Positions 56,815-64,000 of a DNA stretch of 64,000 bases are shown piece by piece. The DNA is taken from NCBI GenBank assembly GCA_964517675.1, contig CAZFEL010000005.1, positions 9,250 through 73,249 of the forward strand, in the 5' to 3' direction. A model generated the notes under the pieces. That model was not told where the DNA came from, made no database searches, and was given only the letters and a program-made list of their open reading frames with translations. The translations under genes and the position numbers were made by a program. Numbering within the stretch: position 1 is the first letter of the stretch; each line of letters begins with the position of its first letter. The stretch is from an uncultured archaeon. Lineage in GTDB: Archaea; Nanohalarchaeota; Nanosalinia; Nanosalinales; Nanoanaerosalinaceae.

Positions 56815-57414
56815 TTACCGTGCTCCGTCTGCCTCACGTTCCCTGCGCTGTCGATCCCTGACCGCGAGCACGCTGGAATCGTTCTCATAGGCGGCTACGA
56901 TCTCCTCGGCCAGTGCCTCGGACGCATCCACGTCGTTGGCCAGCCGGTTGCCGTATGCCCCTTGGGCGAGATGCCTGAGAGCGAGATCGACACGTCGCAT
57001 CGGGGAGACGATGACGGCCTGCCGTGCGATCACGCCACCGCGCTGGTAGGAGATGACCTCCTCCTTCGGGGCGGAGTTCTTGATCGCACCGACAAGCACC
57101 TGGATCGGGTTCTCGCCGGTCTCCTCCTCGGTGAGCTCGAAGGTATCCTCGATCGTCTCCCAGAGCTTCTCGGACTTACCGACATTGGAACCGGACGAGA
57201 TCTTGTGCTTGTTGCCCTTGTGTCCCGCGACGTAGAGACGGTTGAGAAGTCGCTCGACGATCTGGACATCCGCCTTGTAGAACTGCTGGTCGGAATGCCG
57301 TCCGCGGGAGCGGGGAGCCATGATATTCTCGAGGTTGATGACACGCCGGAGGCCTTCATCGTTGATCTCTGCCTCCTGGCAGTCCCACCGGTCGAACAGC
57401 TTGACGTCTTCCAT
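56815..57414 (-). CDS. rps7: 30S ribosomal protein uS7
   Basis: KLFDRW, NPIQVLV.AI.NSAPKEE, SPMRRVDLAL. Confidence 0.95.
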   Translation of the reverse strand: MEDVKLFDRWDCQEAEINDEGLRRVINLENIMAPRSRGRHSDQQFYKADVQIVERLLNRLYVAGHKGNKHKISSGSNVGKSEKLWETIEDTFELTEEETGENPIQVLVGAIKNSAPKEEVISYQRGGVIARQAVIVSPMRRVDLALRHLAQGAYGNRLANDVDASEALAEEIVAAYENDSSVLAVRDRQRREREADGAR

Positions 57415-57420
57415 GCTATC

Positions 57421-57843
57421 TTACCTCGTCGGCTTCTGCTTGTTACCGGCAACAAGCTCCTTGAGAGATACACCGTTTACCTTCACGACCTGGTACCTGA
57501 CCGTCGGGATATCCCCCTTCGGTCCGTTGTCCGCGCCACCGATGCCCTCGACGAGGATCTCGTCGTGCTCGTCGATGTGCTCGATGGCCTCATCACCAGG
57601 GACGAACGCCGTCAGCTGCTTACCGTTCTTGATGAGCTGTACACGTACGCACTTCCGGAGAGCTGAGTTGGGCTGTTTCGCCTCGATGACTCGTTTCTCG
57701 AGGACGATGCCCCGCGCCTGAGGTGAGCCCTCAAGCGGGTCAGCCTGCTCTTTGAGATTCAGCTGCTTCCTCTTGTATTCGATATCGTTCCATCTAAACC
57801 GCTGCCGTCGCTGCTTTAGCTTTCGTCCGTTGTAAAGACCCAT
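57421..57843 (-). CDS. rps12: 30S ribosomal protein uS12
   Basis: [26 protein letters not shown]. Confidence 0.97.
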   Translation of the reverse strand: MGLYNGRKLKQRRQRFRWNDIEYKRKQLNLKEQADPLEGSPQARGIVLEKRVIEAKQPNSALRKCVRVQLIKNGKQLTAFVPGDEAIEHIDEHDEILVEGIGGADNGPKGDIPTVRYQVVKVNGVSLKELVAGNKQKPTR

Positions 57844-57915
57844 TGTATCACGCTTCGTCCGGTATTATGCCGTGCAGACACGTTCCACGACAAGCTTTAT
57901 AAATATGTCAAGACC

Positions 57916-58344
57916 TTACTCGACCTTCACGTCATCGACATCGAACTCCCGCTTGAGGAACCGCTTGATGATGTCGATATTCTTCCCGTCCTTCCCAACG
58001 ACGCGGGACCAGTCGTTCCGGTCGACACCGATCTTCACGACCTTGTTCTCCCCGGACCGGTCATACCGCACCGAGTTGACATCCGCGGGGACCAGGTTCT
58101 CGACGAACTCCTTCAGACTGTCGGAGTACTCGTACACCTTCACGTCCTTGTTCAGGTTGCGCTGGACCTTTTTGATGGTCTCACCGCCCTTGCCGATCGC
58201 GAGGCCGACTTTCCCCTCCTCGACGACGAAGAACGCCTTGTCATCCTGCGTGATGGCATCCATGACCTCCACGCCGGTGACCTCCTCGAAGAGATTGATA
58301 CTGCGGATGGTGTCCGTGTCGAACTTGATACTCATCTCAGACAT
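57916..58344 (-). CDS. nusA: Archaeal NusA (KH domains)
   Basis: GLAIGKGGETIK, VVGKDGKNI. Confidence 0.93.
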   Translation of the reverse strand: MSEMSIKFDTDTIRSINLFEEVTGVEVMDAITQDDKAFFVVEEGKVGLAIGKGGETIKKVQRNLNKDVKVYEYSDSLKEFVENLVPADVNSVRYDRSGENKVVKIGVDRNDWSRVVGKDGKNIDIIKRFLKREFDVDDVKVE

Positions 58345-58353
58345 GTGTTCTCA

Positions 58354-58623
58354 CTATAGCCCGGTCACTTTTTTAATACCTACCGTCGAGGCGGCAAAGG
58401 GCTTCCCACAGAGGGAGCCCAGGTCCGCATTTGTCCCGTCGAAGACCTCAACGGAGACATCGGCATCATCTGCCGCATCCCGGACCTTCTCGCCAAGTTC
58501 ATCGGGGATGTTTGCTGCGAGAACGACCTGGTCAAGATCAGCCATCTGCTTGATCGTCTGCTTCGTGCCGACGACCAGGCGGTCCTTCTCGGCCGCCTGC
58601 TGCAGTTGTTCCTTGAAATCCAT
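58354..58623 (-). CDS. rpl30e: 50S ribosomal protein eL30
   Basis: LVVGTKQTIK, FDGTNADLGSLCGKPF; conserved operon position. Confidence 0.92.
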   Translation of the reverse strand: MDFKEQLQQAAEKDRLVVGTKQTIKQMADLDQVVLAANIPDELGEKVRDAADDADVSVEVFDGTNADLGSLCGKPFAASTVGIKKVTGL

Positions 58624-58628
58624 TGTCT

Positions 58629-60029
58629 CTAATCCTCCATGCTATCTTCTATCCAGCTTTTTAAGGTTTTTCTATCCTTGTTCTCCTTCTCTGCGGACAG
58701 GAGCTGCCCCAGATCGACGTCGTGCTCATCGACGTACTGCTTGATCTCCTTGATCGTCATCTCAGCGAGCTCCTCATAATCGACGTCGGCGGACATGCCG
58801 TCTCCGTCCGTCTCGTCCGCCTCACCTTCGGCCTCGGCCTCTTCCTCTTGTTCCTTCTCAGCCATACGCTGTTCCTTCCGCTCGCGGAGCTTTTCGCGTT
58901 TCTCCTCGATCTTCTCGAGGACCGACTCGGGAGCCTTCGCGGGCTTGGCCTGGAGCTCGAGCTTGCCGGTACCGGCCGGGATGACCTGGCCCAGGATGAT
59001 GTTCTCGACCACAGAGTTGAGCGGATCGTTCTCACCGTCGATCGCGGCCGTGGTGAGGTGCTTTTTCGTCTCCTCGAAGGATGCCCGTGCAAGGACCGAG
59101 TTCTTCCCGCCGCAGATGCCGTAACGGGTCGCCCCCTGGATGTCGCCTTCCTTCGTCATCGTGTCCGCGATCAGCATCAGCCAGCGGACATCGACCGACA
59201 TGCCCTGTTCCTCCAGGATCTTCTGGAGTTCCTCGAGGATCAGGTTCCGGGTCGCCTCGACGCCGAAGACCTTCTCGAACTCGAACAGGTCATTGCACCG
59301 GGTCCGGGTCTCATCGACTTTCTCCAGCTTCAGGGTCTTGCGCATGTTGATACCGGCGGTCTGGACGCGCCACTCACCGTCTTCCTCAAAGATGACGACG
59401 TCCTCGACACCCTTGAATCCCTGCAGTCGGATGTCCGTTGCCTTCTTTTTGATATCCTGCAGATCAGTCAGATCGTAATCATCTGCCTCAGGATAGATCG
59501 TGATCTCCGTCCCATCGCGCTTGACGACGGTCTTGGACAGCTTGTCCTTCAGCTTCGCCACGATGTCGTCTTTCTCGACACGGTACTCCTCGAGAACGTC
59601 CTCGTCCAGGACGAAACGGAGCTCGAGGCTCATCAGGTCCAGCGTGTCCTCGCTGAACACGTCATCGAAGGTGACCTCCTTGATCTTCGCAGCCACGTCT
59701 TTCGCGTCCTCCTTGGTCTGGTAGTCCTCGTGGAGGTAGATGTTCATGACAGGGGTCTTCGGGTTCCGCCGCGCATTGACGACCTCGATCATGCGGGGAA
59801 GGCCCTGTGTGATCGATACCTTCGCAGCACCGGCGCTGTGGTACGTCTCCATGGTCATCTGGGTCGCCGGCTCGGAGATGGACTGGGCGCCGACGGTACC
59901 TATCGCCTCCCCCGGCTCGAACAGCATCTCTCTGTAGCGTTCCTTCAGTTCGTCAGCATCGTCCCGCCCCTGGTACTTCGGGGGAAGTTCGATGTCCTCA
60001 TCACCCATCCTCAGTCTGTTCTCTACCAT
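58629..60029 (-). CDS. rpoA2: RNA polymerase subunit Rpo1C (A'') with acidic C-terminal extension
   Basis: [41 protein letters not shown]. Confidence 0.95.
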   Translation of the reverse strand: MVENRLRMGDEDIELPPKYQGRDDADELKERYREMLFEPGEAIGTVGAQSISEPATQMTMETYHSAGAAKVSITQGLPRMIEVVNARRNPKTPVMNIYLHEDYQTKEDAKDVAAKIKEVTFDDVFSEDTLDLMSLELRFVLDEDVLEEYRVEKDDIVAKLKDKLSKTVVKRDGTEITIYPEADDYDLTDLQDIKKKATDIRLQGFKGVEDVVIFEEDGEWRVQTAGINMRKTLKLEKVDETRTRCNDLFEFEKVFGVEATRNLILEELQKILEEQGMSVDVRWLMLIADTMTKEGDIQGATRYGICGGKNSVLARASFEETKKHLTTAAIDGENDPLNSVVENIILGQVIPAGTGKLELQAKPAKAPESVLEKIEEKREKLRERKEQRMAEKEQEEEAEAEGEADETDGDGMSADVDYEELAEMTIKEIKQYVDEHDVDLGQLLSAEKENKDRKTLKSWIEDSMED

Positions 60030-60038
60030 TGTCATCAC

Positions 60039-62465
60039 CTACTCATCGATCAGCTCTCCCCTGTCAGACTTCTGCGGATCGATGCCGTCCTCTCCTGCCG
60101 TGAACTGGACGATCGTTCCATCCGCAGCCCTGACAGACCTGTCGTACTCGACAGACAGGTCCTGCAGTGCATTCGAGATACGCCGGTACATGTACCCGGA
60201 CGTACGTGTCCTCAGTGACTGGTCCATCAGACCCTCACGGCCCGACATGACCTCGTAGAACATCTCATCCGGATCGAGCCCGCCGTAGATCGAGGAATCG
60301 ACGAACCCTCGTGCCCTGGCCGATAGGTCGTCCTTCTGGAAGTGAGGCAGGCTCCGGTCCTTGAACCCGCGGCTGATGCGTTTCCCGCGGACGGTCTCCT
60401 GCCCGAGCAGGCCGGCCATCACTGAGAGGTTCGTCATCGAACCACGCGCACCGGACTCTGCCATCACGCGGGCCGAGGTCATCGGTACGTCCTCGTCGAC
60501 GATCTTCTCGACCTCCGTCGAGATACCACGGAGGGTGCTTGTCATCTTGGCCTCGAAGGTCTCTTTGACCGTCTTGCCGGTCATGGCCTCGATGTTGCCC
60601 TGGCGGTAGTCCTCAAGGATCTCCTGGGCCTCTTTTTGGCCCTTGCTGATCTCCTCATCGATCTCGGCGCGGCCTTCCCCAGAGACCTCAAGATCCGAGG
60701 TACTGATCGAGAAGCCTCGCCGGTCGAGGTAGATCGCACCCAGGTTCGTCGCAGTGTTGAGGAACTCGACCGCGACCTCCTGGGGCTCGTTGAGCACGAG
60801 CTGGTTGATGATCTCCCCACCGTAGTCAGCGACCATGTCCTCACCGATGACGCCTTCCTTTAGCTCACCGTCCTCGATCAGGACATCGCCGTTGTCGACG
60901 TTGACCGACTCGGGGAGGAACAGCGAGATGATCTCCTTCCCGCTGACCGTCTCCTTGTCCGGGAGGTCCTTGTCATACTGGCCCGCGGCCACGAGGAGAT
61001 CGAACGCATCCTCGCGGTCGATCTCGTCCTCCTTCGAGAGGAGGAACAGACCCGAGATGTGGTCCTGCATCATGCCGATGATCGGACCACCGAACTTCGG
61101 GGACTTGATATGGTTCTGGACCTGAAGCAGCTCCTCTGCCTCCGCGCGGGCCTCCTCCGTCTGGGGGATATGCAGGTTCATCTCGTCACCGTCGAAGTCG
61201 GCGTTGTACGGCGGACAGACGGCCAGGTTGAGCCGGAACGTACGGTACGGCATCACCTTGACCTTGTGCGCCATCATCGAGAGGCGGTGGAGCGACGGCT
61301 GCCTGTTAAACAGCACCGTGTCATCGTCGACGATGTGCCGCTCGACAGTGTAGCCCGGCTCCAGTTCGTCTATGATATCCTGCTGGTTGTTCTCAGTTAC
61401 CTTCTTGCGCGATCCATCAGGCCGGAAGACGTAGTTCGCACCGGGGTGGGTCTCGGGTCCGTTCCTGATCCATTCCTCGACCTCCTCAATGTTGTCCTCT
61501 TTGACCTTGACCGGGATCGTGAGCTGCTTCGCGATCTCGTACGGGACACCGACCTCGTTGATACCGATGTTCGGGTCCGGCGAGATCACGGTACGCGCAG
61601 AGAAGTTCGCACGCTTCCCGATCAGGTTCTGCCTGAACCGGCCCTCCTTCCCCTTCAGCCGCTCGATGAGTGACTTGAGGGAACGACCGGAACGGTGACG
61701 TGCAGGAGGCACGCCCGACAGATCGTTATCGAACATGGTGGCGACGTGGTACTGCAGCAGCTCCCAGAGATCGTCGATGATGAAATCAGGCGCCTCGATC
61801 TCGATGTTGTTCCGCAACCGCTGGTTGATCCGGATGACATCGACCAGCTTGTGGGTCAGGTCATCCTCCGAGCGCTGACCGTTCTCCAGCGTGATCGACG
61901 GCCGGATCGTCACCGGCGGCACGAGGACCTCATCGATGACCAGCCACTCAGGCCGGCCACCCGAGACACCAAGCTTGGCCGCTGTCTCGTCCGGGATCTT
62001 CTCCAGGCGCTCCTGGATGTCCTCGGGGGTGAGCTGCTCGTCGCCCTCGTAGTAGCTGTACGGTTTCTCGATACTGACATCCTGCTGCTCTGCCTCACAC
62101 TCGGGGCAGGTCGTCTTCCTGTTGGACTTCCGCAGGGACCGGTCCTCGTCCTTCATCAGCAGTGCCTGACACTCCCGGCAGGTGAACCGGATCAGATTGC
62201 GGATCTTTTTCGCGTACAGGACATTGACGACCGGCTTCGACAGCTTGATGTGGCCGAAATGACCCTTGCAGTCCCGCATGCGTCCACCACACGTGCCACA
62301 GACCATACCGGGGTCGAGCACACCGAGTGATGGATCCATCACACCGTCCTCGACGGGATAGCCGTCGGCGTCGTACACCTCAGCCTTCGTGATACGCTTC
62401 ACAGAGAGGTTTTCGACCTTCTCAGGATCCATGAGTCCGAACTTCAGTTCGCTAATCTCTCGCAT
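60039..62465 (-). CDS. rpoA1: RNA polymerase subunit Rpo1N (A')
   Basis: CGTCG..C.GHFGHI, GRFRQNLIGKR, FNRQPSLH, YNADFDGDEM. Confidence 0.97.
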   Translation of the reverse strand: MREISELKFGLMDPEKVENLSVKRITKAEVYDADGYPVEDGVMDPSLGVLDPGMVCGTCGGRMRDCKGHFGHIKLSKPVVNVLYAKKIRNLIRFTCRECQALLMKDEDRSLRKSNRKTTCPECEAEQQDVSIEKPYSYYEGDEQLTPEDIQERLEKIPDETAAKLGVSGGRPEWLVIDEVLVPPVTIRPSITLENGQRSEDDLTHKLVDVIRINQRLRNNIEIEAPDFIIDDLWELLQYHVATMFDNDLSGVPPARHRSGRSLKSLIERLKGKEGRFRQNLIGKRANFSARTVISPDPNIGINEVGVPYEIAKQLTIPVKVKEDNIEEVEEWIRNGPETHPGANYVFRPDGSRKKVTENNQQDIIDELEPGYTVERHIVDDDTVLFNRQPSLHRLSMMAHKVKVMPYRTFRLNLAVCPPYNADFDGDEMNLHIPQTEEARAEAEELLQVQNHIKSPKFGGPIIGMMQDHISGLFLLSKEDEIDREDAFDLLVAAGQYDKDLPDKETVSGKEIISLFLPESVNVDNGDVLIEDGELKEGVIGEDMVADYGGEIINQLVLNEPQEVAVEFLNTATNLGAIYLDRRGFSISTSDLEVSGEGRAEIDEEISKGQKEAQEILEDYRQGNIEAMTGKTVKETFEAKMTSTLRGISTEVEKIVDEDVPMTSARVMAESGARGSMTNLSVMAGLLGQETVRGKRISRGFKDRSLPHFQKDDLSARARGFVDSSIYGGLDPDEMFYEVMSGREGLMDQSLRTRTSGYMYRRISNALQDLSVEYDRSVRAADGTIVQFTAGEDGIDPQKSDRGELIDE

Positions 62466-62471
62466 GGTGGA

Positions 62472-63998
62472 TCACCTGTCCTCCTCGACCTGGAGGGTCG
62501 GATCTATCATCAGCGACTTGAGCTCGTTCAGCAGCAGGAGGAACGCCTGCGGCACCTTGATCTCGCTGACATCGCTGTCATCACAGTTTGGACAGTAGGT
62601 AACGTCCTCGTTCCGGTCATAGATTCCGATCTCGCCGCAGTCATCACAGACAAACGCCTGCGTGGAGTCGGAACCGAACCGCTCCTTCAGCAGCATCGCT
62701 GAACCGTGGCCGACCAGGACGTCCTTTTCCATCTCTCCCAGCCGGAGGCCTCCCTCGCGGGCACGGCCTGCGGTCGGCTGCTTGGTCAGCAGCGTGACAG
62801 GACCACGCGACCTGGCGTGTATCTTGTCCTCGACCATGTGAGAGAGCTTCAGGTAGTAGCCAGGACCGATGAAGATCTCCGCATCCATCTTCTGTCCCGT
62901 GACACCGTTGTACATCTGCTCCTTGCCGTCGTACCGGAAGCCAAGCTCCTTCAATGTGTCACGGAGCTCATCCTCGTCTTCCGAGTGGAAGGCCGTACCA
63001 TCGACCTCCTCGCCCCGGAGCGCACCGGCCTTGCCACCGATGATCTCGATGAGCTGAGACACTGTCATACGGCTCGGGATCGCGTGTGTCGACAGGACGA
63101 TATCCGGTGTCACGCCCTCACCCGTGAACGGCATGTCTTCCTCAGGAGAGATCAGACCGATGACACCCTTCTGTCCGTGCCGGGTCGCGAACTTGTCACC
63201 CAGCTCGGGGATGCGCTCGGTCCGCATCTTCGTCTTGATAAGCTTGTTCCCTTCCTCCGTCTCGGTCAGCAGGACCTTGTCCACGATACCCTGCTCGCCG
63301 TGACGGACGGTCTTCGAGGTCTCACGCTCTGCGGCCAGCCCCATCTTGACCTCCTCGGAGCTGCCCAGGAACTTCGGCGGTGAGGTCTTCCCGACGATCA
63401 CGTCGCCTTCCTCGACCTCGGTCTCGGGGTTGACGATACCATCCTCATCCAGCTTCGCGTACGTGTCCTCGGACTTATAGCCCCGGGTGTCCTTGTCCGG
63501 GATCTGGATGGAGTCTTTCTGTCCTCCCCAGTACCGGCGAGACTCGGTCGTCTCCGTCCGGAAGTGATGCGACCGTGCAAGGCCGCGCTCGATGGAGGAC
63601 TTGTTGAAGATCACAGCATCCTCGATGTTGTATCCTTCGAAGCTCGAGATCGCGATGACCATGTTCTGCCCGATCGGATGGTTCTCGATCATCTTGTCAT
63701 ACGTCCGGGTCTCCACGATCGGGGACTGGGGGTAGTTCATCACGTCAGCGTTCGTATCGTACCGGGTGTGGAAGTTCCGCATGAACATCCCGAGACCCTG
63801 TCCTGCCATCTTGGCACCGTAGTTGACACGGTCACCTCGGTTGTGCTCGGGGTACACGACCGTCGACGCAGAGATACCGTGGGTCGTGGTCGGGTCCAGT
63901 TCCATGTGGGTGTGCTCGTCGGTCACCTCATCGCGGTCCATCGCTACGTAGGCGTCCTCTTCCTCTTGGGCGTCCAGGTACTCGACGACACCCTCCTC
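62472..63998 (-). CDS. rpoB: RNA polymerase subunit Rpo2 (B/B') C-terminal part, 5'-truncated by window edge
   Basis: GYNIEDA, GDKFATRHGQKG, HMVEDKIHAR, GGLRLGEME, C-terminal Zn ribbon. Confidence 0.97.
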   Translation of the reverse strand, partial: EEGVVEYLDAQEEEDAYVAMDRDEVTDEHTHMELDPTTTHGISASTVVYPEHNRGDRVNYGAKMAGQGLGMFMRNFHTRYDTNADVMNYPQSPIVETRTYDKMIENHPIGQNMVIAISSFEGYNIEDAVIFNKSSIERGLARSHHFRTETTESRRYWGGQKDSIQIPDKDTRGYKSEDTYAKLDEDGIVNPETEVEEGDVIVGKTSPPKFLGSSEEVKMGLAAERETSKTVRHGEQGIVDKVLLTETEEGNKLIKTKMRTERIPELGDKFATRHGQKGVIGLISPEEDMPFTGEGVTPDIVLSTHAIPSRMTVSQLIEIIGGKAGALRGEEVDGTAFHSEDEDELRDTLKELGFRYDGKEQMYNGVTGQKMDAEIFIGPGYYLKLSHMVEDKIHARSRGPVTLLTKQPTAGRAREGGLRLGEMEKDVLVGHGSAMLLKERFGSDSTQAFVCDDCGEIGIYDRNEDVTYCPNCDDSDVSEIKVPQAFLLLLNELKSLMIDPTLQVEEDR

Positions 63999-64000
63999 GA

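Noticed and set aside
56314-56815. EF-2 gene expected after uS7
   Set aside because: The position is occupied by an unrelated membrane-anchored ORF; this is simple operon rearrangement, common in reduced genomes
58629-63998. Inteins in RNA polymerase subunits (also checked in ligase, HerA, GatB)
   Set aside because: No length excess or C/S...HN-C/S/T splice motifs seen
1-64000. Numerous long overlapping Arg/Ser/Pro-rich or antisense ORFs in the six-frame track (e.g. 7442-8359, 8379-9323, 29744-30733, 30763-31962, 58722-60218)
   Set aside because: They are shadow frames of GC-rich real genes, lack the acidic composition and have no recognisable motifs

Overview
Gene-dense, GC-rich archaeal chromosome segment with a strongly acidic (halophilic) proteome. 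A single-fold histone, Nob1, a compact split Rpo1 and many orphan acidic proteins suggest a DPANN Nanohaloarchaeota-type genome rather than a classical haloarchaeon (inference). Housekeeping content: DNA ligase, Nth, MutY-like glycosylase, HerA, photolyase, SSB, CCA-adding enzyme, Adk, eIF5A, FtsZ, GatC/A/B, glyA-thyA-folA, Trm56 and the rpoB-rpoA1-rpoA2-L30e-nusA-S12-S7 cluster. There is one intron-containing tRNA-Ser(CGA), followed by duplicated tRNA 3' ends and a probable accessory block (surface protein, thiol-redox genes). Best leads: (1) an NAD(P) salvage operon (pncB-orf-orf-pncA-nadE-nadK-nrtR) with three copies of a TTnGTGT-N7-ACACnAA operator placed at its two promoters, i.e. an archaeal NrtR regulon readable from sequence; (2) a YbaK-type deacylase fused to a GatB tRNA-binding C-terminal region, translationally coupled to gatB; (3) two unexplained structured non-coding regions flanking ftsZ; (4) a 104-nt tRNA-Ser intron with a K-turn whose guide register falls on its own wobble C34; (5) a frameshifted rhodopsin next to duplicated inactive KaiC-like genes and a photolyase. 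No CRISPR array, rRNA, transposase or integrase was seen. All assignments are from motif recognition by eye; no database search was run.
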